Shown: piece by piece, positions 53,901 to 64,000 of the stretch
Position numbering within the stretch: the stretch's first letter is position 1
Layout of the letters: every line of letters begins with the position of its first letter
Assembly (NCBI GenBank): GCA_013265495.1
Contig: MU057989.1
Coordinates: 186,001-250,000, forward strand
Source: Vicugna vicugna
Taxonomy: Eukaryota
DNA length: 64,000 nucleotides
Reading direction: 5' to 3'
Position numbers and translations under genes: made by a program
Notes under the pieces: generated by a model
Told to the model about the DNA's origin: nothing
What the model saw: the letters and a program-made list of their open reading frames with translations, nothing else
Database searches by the model: none

Positions 53901-56900
53901 AGTCTCACAGGGCTGTATCTGCACAGTTGTGAAATTTCCCCAGATGAATATCATGACAAGGGTGCAAGGAGGGGGTGTGGCTAAGGGAGAGGCAAGGTAG
54001 GAAGAGGAGTGAGATATGAAAAAGATCTACCTGACTAAGACACCAAACTTCCTCCAATTTCTTAGAAAAAGTACTCCAAGAATGAGAACACCCCCAGTCA
54101 ACTTGGAAATTCATTAGTACTTAGGAGTCTGACCAAGATGTCCAAAATCACTGCTGAAAGGCAGGACAGCACAGCCAGAGTGCCAGCCATGTCCACGCTC
54201 TGCCATATAACTTGACTTCTCTGTGCCTCAGTTTTCTCACCTGTAAAATGGGGAGAGGAGGTAGAGATTTGTGGAAAGTAAATGAGGACAAATGTTTGCT
54301 AGTCCTCTTATGTCTTACACATTTCATGCTTAGATTCTCATCTAGTGGCCATAAGGGGCTGAGAGAAATTGGCTTTTCAGTTCACTGGGTTACTTCCAAT
54401 AAACCCACTTTCAACACTGCTCACTCTAGTTAGAAATTTCCCTGAAGCAGATCAACATCTGGGGGAATCTGTGCCTCCCTGTGGGGGCTGCTTGCCTCTC
54501 TCGCTTTGTCCTTTCTTGGCCTCTCACTGGCTCATAAATCGATGAGGAGCTGGGGTTCAGCCAGCAGCTGGGTGCGTGGAGAGGCTAGGTCTTGCCTGGC
54601 GCCTGGGCTGGGTCCCCGAGAGAGACTTCTGTGGTCAGAGAGGCTGGGCGCCAGGCCAGCAGGCTGTGGTCGGAGAGTGCCTGCTGGGGCTTCACATTCT
54701 AAGACTGATGGAGGCTGCAGTGGTGGGGAGGAGAGGTGAGGACCCCAGGGAGGTGGGGGTGGAGGCTGTGGGAGAGGGAGATGGGGGAGGGGAAATAGAG
54801 GACTGAAGGGTTGTGGGCGCTAGAGGAACGGGGATGGAATGAGGGTGGGGGAGCAGGAGAGGACCATGAGGGTGCGAGTGGGGCCAAGGAGTCTGACCAA
54901 CATTCCCTGTGGGTGGAAGTGGGAAGGGTGGGGAGGAGTGGGGGGCCTCTGCCAACAGACTGGAGCTATGGGAAGGGGGTACTCCAAGGGCTGGGGCTTC
55001 CTCAAGAGAACTTCGTGCACCCTGAGGTTCCTGCTCTCTACAGAATGTTTCTATAGGCTGCCTTCCTGGAGGAAGGGGCTACATCAGAGTAAAGTGCTCC
55101 TTCCTCTGTCCACAGTGTTTCCTCCTGCCCTTTCCCTAACATGCTCTGTGGGTCTTTTCAGCCCGGCACCTTAGGGTCTAGCGTTGCCATACAAGGCTAC
55201 TCAAAAATATTTACGAAATAAGCAAATCCATAGAGGATGGATAAAAGGGCTCAGGGAGGGGTCTGGGCAGAAGAAGCCATGGCCACCTCTGAGGGTCTCC
55301 TGGCTGTTTCTGTCCATCAGAAGGCCCCACTCCCAGAGGCTTCCTGGTTGCACTGGGAGGGGTGGGCTAGGGGGTGAGGCACAGCTCCAGCCCAATCTCC
55401 CTCCCTCCCCAGATGGTGAAGGAACCGACCTGTTTGCCGTGGCTGTACATGAGTTTGGTCACGCCCTGGGCCTGGGCCACTCCTCAGCTCCCGATTCCAT
55501 CATGAGGCCCTTTTACCAGGGCCCAGTGGGCAACCCCACTGAGTACCGCCTGTCCCAGGATGACCGCGAAGGCCTCCAGCAGCTCTACGGTATGGGGAGT
55601 GGTGGGGTGACTGCCTGGTGATCGCCTCGGCAGGGTCAGGAGACCCATGCCTCTCTAACGCTCTCTCCACAGGGAAAGCACCCCAAACCCCTTATGACAA
55701 GCCCACAAGGAAACCCCTGGCTCCTCCTCCCCCACCCCCTGCCCTGCCCCCGGACAGGTGAGTCCCCCCCCCAGGACTTAGGTGAGCTCCCAAGCCTCAG
55801 TGTCCTCCTCCATGAGATGGGCATGGTAAGAGTCCCTGTTATCAAGGTTAAGGGAAGGGAGGAGGAGCCCCCTACCTCTCTCTGCTCACCTGTCTTCTCC
55901 TCAGCCCCTCTCAACCCGTTCCTGATCGATGTGCTGGAAATTTTGACGCCATTGCCAACATACGAGGCGAAACTTTCTTCTTCAAAGGTGAATGACTTCG
56001 GGTCTCTGGACCACCTATAGTAGGTTTCCTCCCCACTAAGGGTGACCCACCCGGGCTATGGGGTTCCCAGGGATGCGGAACCTTCAGTGCTAAAAAGGAG
56101 AAAGTCCTGGACCAGCCGGTCGCCAGAGAGACACTGCACCCTTGATTTCCAGATGGAACTGTCTGCCCAAACCTGGGAGGGGAGACCTAGCCCTGTGTCC
56201 CAGCTCCCCACTGGGGTGGGAAGGGGGGAAGACCGCTTGCCATCTCACGCCCGCAGGCCCACCCCTTCTGCACCGCAGGCCCCTGGTTTTGGCGCCTCCA
56301 GCCCTCGGGACAGCTGGTGTCCTCCCGGCCAGCCCGGCTCCACCGCTTCTGGGAGGGGCTGCCGCCCCAGGTTACGGTCATCCAGGCCGCCTACGCCCGG
56401 CACAGAGACGGCCGGATCCTCCTCTTCAGCGGTGAGTAGGGGCCAGGGCCGGGGTGGCGCCGGGGGCGTGGAGCTCGCCGCTCACCCGGCCGCCTCCCCG
56501 CAGGCGCGCAGTTCTGGGTGTTCCGGGACCGGCAGCTGGAGGGCGCCGCGCGGCCGCTCGCGGACCTGGGGCTGCCCCCGGGGGGGGCGGTGGACGCCGT
56601 GTTCTCGTGGCCGCTGAACGGGAAGACCTACCTGATCCGGGGCCAGCGGTACTGGAGGTACGACGAGGCGGCGGCGCGCCCTGACCCCGGCTACCCACGC
56701 GACTTGAGCCTCTGGGAGGGGGCGCCTCACTCCCCCGACGACGTGACGGTCAGCAACACAGGTGGGAGAGCGCGCGGGGACGGTCCCGAGGCCCCGGGGG
56801 ATGCGGAGCTCGCGGCGGGACCGGGGGTTTTTCGCAGAGCCGCGGGGAGAAAGCGGCCCGGTGGGAGGGGGCGGCGCTCGGGCGGGTCTGGACCGGCCCC

Positions 56901-57197
56901 CAAAGCCCCTGCTCCCTCCTCGCAGGTGACACCTACTTCTTCAAGGGCGCCCACTACTGGCGGTTCCCCAAGGGCAGCGTCAAGGCCGAGCCGGACTCTC
57001 CCCAACCCATAGGCCCTAAGTGGCTGGACTGCCCCGCCCCCAGCGTTGGCCCTCGCGCCCCCAGGCCCCCCAAGGCGACCCTTCAGCCTGGAGCCTGCGA
57101 CTGTCAGTGCGAGATCAATCAAGCGGCGGGGAGGCCGTCCGTGCCCCTCCTGCTGCCCTTTCTGCCCCTGCTGCTGGGGGGCTTCGCCTCCCGCTGA
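48092..57197 (+). CDS. MMP25: Matrix metallopeptidase 25 (MT6-MMP/leukolysin), 561 aa, GPI-anchored
   Basis: Exons 48092-48187, 48602-48734, 50249-50384, 50494-50786, 55413-55589, 55673-55757, 55905-55987, 56279-56431, 56504-56761, 56926-57197 (1686 nt). Cysteine switch PRCSLPD, furin site RRRRR, zinc motif [11 protein letters not shown], hemopexin domain, CDCQC stem, hydrophobic tail. Candidate AATAAA at 58637-58642. Confidence 0.97.
50873..51386 (-). mobile_element. MLT2 (ERVL) LTR containing a (GA)n microsatellite
   Basis: ttctccagagaaatagaacc-(GA)n-…aagaaattgactcataggattg…aggccttcaactgattagatgaggcccacccac; (GA)n at ~50910-50971. Confidence 0.75.
51565..51668 (-). mobile_element. tRNA-derived SINE (Vic-1-like)
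   Basis: ggaggtactggaaattgaaccc…taccactgaactataacctccc. Confidence 0.75.
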
Positions 57198-58949
57198 GGT
57201 GGGACCCGCTGAAATACAGATGGGGCCGGATCTCCCTCCGCGGGCCCTTGGGGGTTATTGTGGAAACCTAGGTCCCGGGCTGGGTGGAGCTCATCGAGGA
57301 CGCAGCTGGGCGGATGCAGGTGGAACTACAACCAGGGAGGAGCTGGAGGGCGGTGACAAAGGGCTGGCCCTTGGCCAGGTCACTGCATATAGTCCTTTCC
57401 TCACCTCGCCCCCTGGAAATCTGGACTCTGGCTGCACTGCAGCCTCTGAAGACTCTTCTTCCCGGAACACCTAGCCTTTCTTGGAACTCAACCAGCTGAC
57501 TCCCTGTAGCTACGGCCCCGCCTGGCAACAACAGCTGTCCCAAGCCCTTTGGGGTCTCTGCAGGCAGGCCTGGTTGGAAAAATGAAACTGAGCCTCCCTC
57601 TCTACCGGCTGCTCTCAAGTCTCTCATCCTGTCCCGCTTCCATCACGTCCCAGTCAAGGCCACATTGGTGGGGTCCCCACCCAACCCTGACCAGCCCTGA
57701 TCACTAGTGTCCCACATCCTTGTGCCATCAGCGGCCACGTGGATGACACTCCACAATCCAGCCCACCATGGACTTCTTTCTGGTCACCACCCTGGTACAT
57801 GAACTGCCCACACTTAAAATGACACACTTCTATACCTAAACTATCCCTCACACCTCCACACTGGAGTGGGTGCCGCCTCCTCCAGGATAACTGCTTGCCT
57901 GCCATCAGCTCTGTGCTCGGGGGAGACACTTGGACTGGTTCCCTCTCAATCTAAGGTCATTGCCTCTTCAGCGCTCCTGGGTGGCGAGTAGGTGGAATCT
58001 TGTCCACCTCATTGACCACCCCCCTGCAACTCCCTACAGCATTTAGGATCTAAACCAGTGCTTCTGCAACTATCTTTTTGGAATATTCCACACAGGAATG
58101 CCCAGGGGACTTAGAAAGGAGTTCCCGTGCCCACACTCTGAGTCCTCACTCTGGGCTGGATGGGGGCAGAATCTGCATTTGAAAGAGCTGGGTGGTGAGT
58201 GGCCCTGATGGGCATGTGAGCTGGGCCAGCAGCTGCCATCTCTGTGTGTGATTCTTGACGCTTTTCTGTGTGTGTGCCGTGTTCTCCCTCCCAGGGGCCA
58301 ACCTCTTCGTGTTCCCTCCAAAGCCAAGCTGATGGCCTTGGTTGAGACAGGCCCACCCTGCATGGGTGGAGTCACTTAGCATCCACTTCTCAGGATGCCA
58401 CTCAGCCTCAGTGACCCCACAGTGCTGCCCAGAGCCGAGGCTGTGGGCTGCAGCCTTGCCCACCTTGGTCACAACGAGCAGACCATTAGGAGGGCCACAG
58501 CCAGGTGTCTTGAACCAACCTGGGGCCTGAGAATTCTAAGCCACCAGAAGGCCATCCGGGCCTCTGTCAGGATCCTTTTGAAGTATGAGGAGGAGGAAAC
58601 TTGGATTTTAAAAGCTTGTCAGCCCCACCAGGAGGCAATAAAAATGAGAAAGCCCTTCATTTCTTCTGAGCATTGATGGACTTGGGGTGAAGTTTGGTAG
58701 CAGGGACTTGACAGCCATGAACCACTCTGTTTTGCAGAAGTGGCTGGAATCCAGCGTTGATGGACAGCAGGAAGAAGGGATGGGAGGGGAACGAGCGGGA
58801 GGAGGAATTGGAGGGAGCCCAGAGGAGGGATGTGCGGTGTGAAATTTGAGGCTGTTTCTGCTACAAAGGAAATGTCTCCTTTCCTAGCCTTTAAGACTTT
58901 ATTAAGAAACTACAGAAAAATGCTACCTCAGATTGAATTACGTATTTTA

Positions 58950-59075
58950 TGTTATTTATTTTGGGTGGGTAATTAGGTTTATTTATTTATTTACTTTTAA
59001 TGGCGGTACTGGGAACTGGACCCAGGGCCTCATGCGTGGTAAGCACGTGCTCTCCTACTGAGAGGTACTCCCCAC
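58950..59075 (-). mobile_element. tRNA-derived SINE (Vic-1-like)
   Basis: gtaattaggtttatttattt…gtactgggaactggacccag…. Confidence 0.7.
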
Positions 59076-59099
59076 TCAGCAAATTACATATTTTAAAAA

Positions 59100-59745
59100 T
59101 GGTACAGTTGCATAGTCAAAATTTAAAACTTCTGTGTTTCAAAGGACACCACGGAAACAGTGAAAAGACAACCCACAGAATGGGAAAAAAATACATTTGC
59201 AAGTGATATATGTGATAAGGGACTCGTATCCAGAACTTAGAAACTCCTCTTATAACTTAAGAATGGGAAGACAAATAACCGAATTTAAAAATGGGCAAAT
59301 CAGAGTATACTTTTCTCCACAGAAGATAGACAACTGGACCATGAGCACTCGAAAAAAGGCTCAACATCATTAGTCATCAGGGAAATGCAAATCAAAATCA
59401 CAATGAGACCCCACGTCATACCCACTAGGATGACTAGACTCAAAAAGACATAATAGCAAGTGTTGTTGAGGATGTACAGAAACTGGAACTTTCCTACACT
59501 GCTCCTGGCAATATAAGATGGTTCTGTCACTTTGAAAACAATCTGGTGGTATCTCAAAAAGTTAAAAACGTACTTACCATATGACCCAGCGAATCCACTC
59601 CTAGGTGGAATTCAAGGGAAAAGCACGTCCACGCAGAACCTTGTCCGCGAATGTGCGCATCGGCATTATTCACGATGGCCAAACGGTGGAAACGACGCAA
59701 ATGTCCATCAGTCGGTGGATGGGTGAACGCAAAGGTTTCCAGAGA
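59100..59745 (+). mobile_element. Old LINE-1 ORF2 3' fragment
   Basis: cattagtcatcagggaaatgcaaatcaaaatcacaatgaga; ttaccatatgacccagcgaatccactcctagg; aaatgtccatcag…gatggg. Confidence 0.85.
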
Positions 59746-60009
59746 TGAAACGCAGAAACGTTAGCTGCAGCTGAAGCAGGAGCAGCTCCCTTCTCTCTCT
59801 GACCTGGAATGGGAAGAAGGATCTGGACTTCCTGGGTGTGGAAAGGGGGTTTCAGACAACTGAATGGGCTTCTAAGGGGCAGGGTGATGCTAGCTGGGTC
59901 CAGTTGACCCAAGTGAGACTTTGAGCGAGGAAGTGGGATTTGTAGGTCTGCCCTCCGGGGTGCACACAGGTGGCCCCTAAAGAGCCCGGGTCGTCCCGGA
60001 GGATATTAG

Positions 60010-60400
60010 AGATTGAATTGTATTCCCCCCAAATTCACATGCTGAGGTCCTAACCCGCAGCTGCTCAGAATGTGACCTTATCTGGAGATGGTGTCCTTAC
60101 AGAGGGAATCAAGATAAACTGAGGTCACTAGGGAGGCCCTAATCCAGTATGACTGGCATCCTTATAAAAATGAGACCTTAGGAGACAGATACATCCATAG
60201 GGAGAAAGCCACGTGACCATGAAGACAGCGGTCTAGCAGCCCGGGTAGGGCCTGGAACACACCCTCCCTCATTGCTCTCAGAGGGATCCAAAAGTGCTGA
60301 CACCTCAATTTCAGTATTTAGGATTCACGGTGAGAGAGTAACTTTGTGTTGTTTGGACACCTGTCTGTGGCACTTAGTTGGGGCCGCCCTGAGACACTGG
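60010..60400 (+). mobile_element. MLT1 (MaLR) LTR
   Basis: ttgaattgtattccccccaaattcacatgctgaggtcctaaccc…cagaatgtgacctta…gccctaatccagtatgactgg. Confidence 0.8.
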
Positions 60401-60879
60401 TGCAGAGGGCAAGGTGACGGCTGTGTTGAGCGGTGAAGGGCTTTGGCCCCAGCCTGGGGCATTCAGGAGGAGGTGGGAGGTGGGCCAAGCTGTGTGAGAC
60501 AAAAGCTAAGGGGCTGCCCAGGGCCTGGGAGACCGCTGCAGTGGGGCCTCCAGATTGTGGGACCCCAGAAGGGTCAGGAGAGCCGGGTCAGCAGGGCCCA
60601 GACAGTCATCAAAGCTTCCTTCTGCTCCTGCTGAGGGCCGTACCCTGGGCCACAGGCAAAAAGTCAAGGTCCCCCAGCCGCCACTCCAGGGGCCTGTGTG
60701 TCAGTCTGCACAGGTCCTGGCCTGGGGAGCCCACCTCAGGGGTCTAACAGGTCCTGCCACATCCTGAGTGAGGGGCACCTACAGAACCTCCCCTGGTCTT
60801 TGGAGCTGGGGTGCCGTGTGTTCAACAGACCTGGTGACGATTCCCCTGGACCTTGAACCCACCTGGATGAGATCCTCCT

Positions 60880-61106
60880 CCAGAGTTCCAGAAGATTACT
60901 CAAACTGCTTCCCCAGGTCTGGACTTTCCCTCTGCCCCTCCTGTCTCTGAGGCTGACAGGGTTGGAGATGAGGCCAACCCTGGACTCAAAAGATTCCCAT
61001 CCCAGCTCCGGGTGGAGGTGCCACGGCCAGGCACTGCGAGTGTCAGGGACATGCCCTCAGACCTCAGTCTCACTTCTTCTGACTCTGCCCTCTCTCTCTA
61101 TTTTTG

Positions 61107-61155
<49 letters not shown>

Positions 61156-61345
61156 GTCATCCCTGCATCCTGCCCTAGGCTGGCTCCACCCTGCCCTTCC
61201 TTCCTGTGCTCTTATATTTACTGGCTATCAGAAGTCAGTGCAAAGCTCAGCTTGGGCTCTGTGCTGGACGGTCTGAAAGGTGATGGGCTCAGGGGACACC
61301 TGGGGTCGGGGAGGTGGGTCTGCAGTCAAAGGACTTTCCAGGGTG
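60880..61345 (+). promoter_or_regulatory. IL32: Candidate IL32 promoter/5' region with NF-kB-like sites
   Basis: GGACTTTCC at 60921-60929 and 61331-61339; (AC)n at ~61109-61153. Confidence 0.45.
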
Positions 61346-61426
61346 CTGGGAGGGCTGCTTCCCTGAAACACTTTTCCTCACACTTATTCCTCCCCACCAG
61401 GTCTCAGCAGAAGAACCTGAGCAATC

Positions 61427-63680
61427 ATGTGTTTCTCAAAGGTGAGTGAGAGCCAGTGATGGGCGAAAAGGTGGGCCCCCAAATCCCATTTCCCCTATGT
61501 CCCTCACTCCCACCAGCAAAGGCCCCTCACCCCTGCTGATTTGTCCACATGCCCGTGGCTCTGTCCCATCCTCCCTGGGCCAGGGGGGAGGCCGCTGGGG
61601 AAGTAGCGGATCAGAGGCATGTGACCTGTGCAGTCAACAGGGCCCGAGTATCATAAGGACCCTGGTCACCGTCCTGAAATTCGGACTGATTGTTAACAAA
61701 GGCCGGAAGGTTTCCTTTTGCTCTGAGCCCTTTACTTTATGTGGCAGGTCCTGGTTGTGGGGCCAGGATTTCTGTCTGGGAGGTCAGTTCTGGGGGCCTC
61801 ACTGTGTGCGTGTGCCTTTGTGTGGGTGCGTGTGGATCTGAGGACACCGAGGAAGAAGTTACAGGACAAGGGTGCTGCTTCAGGAACTGGATGCGATGTG
61901 CTTGTGGGGGGAGCTAGAAGCGGAGGCGCTGGAGTGTAGAAGCATCAGACGTCCCAGCAGACCCTTTCCACCCGGGAAACCTGGGGGAGGCGGCTGGGAG
62001 GTGCTGGCCCTGAAATTTCAACGTTGTCTCTCAGGTGCTGGAGCAGCAGCTGAAACCTGCATTGGCCTCAGTGTCTATTCCTTCCCTCTGGGGTGCCCTC
62101 CAGCCTCCCCCTGAGTACCACTCTCCCCACCTCAATGGTGAGGGTCACCAGAAGCTCCCGGGGGCTGTGGGCCACGTGAAAACAGGTCGGGGATTGAATG
62201 TTGAGGGATGATCCAGGGCTCAGTGGCCCGGCCCCGTGAGGAGGGTGACGTGGTCAGCAGTTTGTCCCCAGGGGCAGCCCAGGTGTTTCTCTTGCCCCGT
62301 TTCATGTGAAGTAGGGGTTGGCAGAGTGGAATCGGGATGACTTAAGGTGGGCCGACGGGTGCCCTGTACACTGTGACTGGCACTGACCGCACAGTCATCG
62401 GAAGCTAAGGTTCACAGCCCCAGATTAGGGTCATAAAGTGCAGGGTCTCTGGGACACCTCCCCGACCTTGGGTCGGGCCAAGTGTCTGGGGGTGAGAAGG
62501 AGGGGGGGCCAGGGGCCTGCAGGGTCAGCGGTTGTGGAGAGCAGCTGGCTGAGGACCCCTGTATCTCTGTCACCACCTCAGAGAAGAAAGGACAGTGCCA
62601 ACTCCTCCCTCGGCCAGCTCTCACCTGGGAGCACAGAGGGTTAGGCGTCTGGGAATCAGGCTGACCCTGCACACTCCAGGGTGATGCTCCCACTTGTATG
62701 TTTGCGTATCTGTGGTGATAAAGAGTGAGTGCGTGTGTGGGTCTGTATAACAGGTGTTGGGGTTCACAATGTAGCATAAACCTGTGCATCACTCTTACCT
62801 CCACAGAATGTCTCAGAGCACATTGCTGTTTTGAGGGCCAATTTGGTAAGAAGCTCTTCCTTGTGTGTGTTGGGTGGATGAGGGAGGCTGGGTTCTGCTG
62901 GGTGAAGCTGAGAATGTTCTGGGCCACTTGGGACCTGGAGGGAGAAAGACCACGCCTCTTTGTCCCAACTCTGTCTCTCTTCACAGCACAGTAAGGTAGA
63001 TGACTTTTGTGATAAAATGGAAAGTCTACCCAATGAAGATGCAAAGGTAGGTGTGTCTCCATGCTGCCACTCCCGTGCCCTCTCCACTTTGGGTGGGTGT
63101 GGCTGCTTCACAATGATGGTGATGATGAAGTGGGCAGGTCAGAGCTCATTCCTTACACTGGACAAAATTCACACCCGTGTGTCAGGACAGTACACAGGTG
63201 TGGGATATGGAGCTCCAGGGGTGCGGAGGGAGGTGCCCAAGTCCCAGGGCAATGATGGCAGAGCAGCGGTGACACATGCTTGGTCCCCAGGCACCTGGGC
63301 TGACCCCTCACCTGGGGGTGACAGGGCACAGATGAGAACAGACTGGGGTTTGGGGATAAGACTGCAAGTGAGAGAGGGTGGGGGGATTTTAAACCAAGCG
63401 ATGTTTTCTCTGCAGGTGCAACCAGCTCTAGAAGAGCTAGAGGTGAGTTTGGACCTTGCCCCTCCCCTAAGGTGGGTCCGCAGGGTTAGGATCAGCCAGG
63501 TTATTGGGCCTGGGCTGCTGGCTCCCTTCTGAGTCTCCTGGACCCATGGAGGCCACCGTGGGGACCACAGACCTCAGCAGACAGGGGCAGGAGTGCAGCC
63601 TGCACAATTCCTCTCCCCAGGACCAAATTAATGAGGACGTGCTTGAAGCTGTGGGTGCTACCATTGAGGACAATGTCTCG
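61427..63680 (+). CDS. IL32: Interleukin-32, 5' coding exons (the final exon is not identified in this window)
   Basis: Phase-0 exons: 61427-61441 MCFSK; 62807-62845 NVSEHIAVLRANL; 62987-63046 HSKVDDFCDKMESLPNEDAK; 63416-63442 VQPALEELE; 63621-63680 DQINEDVLEAVGATIEDNVS. Sizes 15/39/60/27/60 nt match the recalled human IL32 exon pattern (MCFPK…). Position is immediately downstream of MMP25. Confidence 0.88.
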
Positions 63681-64000
63681 GTGAGTTTGAGCCACCATCT
63701 CTGCCCCTTGCTTCCCCTCCGCCCCTGCTCCCTCTTGACTTTGGTGCTGCCTTGTGTGTCCATAGCTCCCCTGAGCGGGGGATGGAAGGATGGCCCTTGA
63801 GAGGTCAATAGGTGTAGACTCCCTGGTACCAGCTTCCTGGGCAGCACACAGTGGCCAGAGCCCTGCCCTCCACTCAGTGCTTGAAGAGAGCATGTGTGCC
63901 AGGTGCTGGCCCATGGGCGTGTCTGCCAGCAGCCAGGTATTTCCAACTGTTTTTGCCCCGGAGGCGAATTGTGGGGCCAGGCCAAGGTCTGGGAAAGGTC

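Overview
GC-rich mammalian genomic DNA, probably camelid, judging from abundant tRNA-derived Vic-1-like SINEs. It is syntenic to human 16p13.3. Gene order reconstructed exon by exon: 3' part of GREP1 (+), an unannotated CpG-island proline-rich ORF (+), CLDN9 (+), CLDN6 (-), TNFRSF12A (+), HCFC1R1 (-), THOC6 (+), BICDL2 (-), a ~12 kb repeat block with a decayed RT-less ERVL-type element, MMP25 (+) and the 5' part of IL32 (+). Most interesting observations: (1) a coding-like ~226-aa Pro/Leu/Ala ORF behind a CCAAT-rich promoter, whose only nearby ATG is one base out of frame; (2) the tropoelastin-like exon architecture of GREP1; (3) a candidate internal first exon giving a BICDL2 isoform without the dynein-binding CC1 box, plus a lost (GT>AT) splice donor in BICDL2; (4) CLDN6 with GPW instead of the claudin GLW signature, and signs of CLDN6/CLDN9 gene conversion; (5) a GC-AG intron in MMP25; (6) IL32 with the gamma-type intron closed but the next intron fully open in frame. 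Gene identities rest on recalled protein sequences and synteny; no database search was run.
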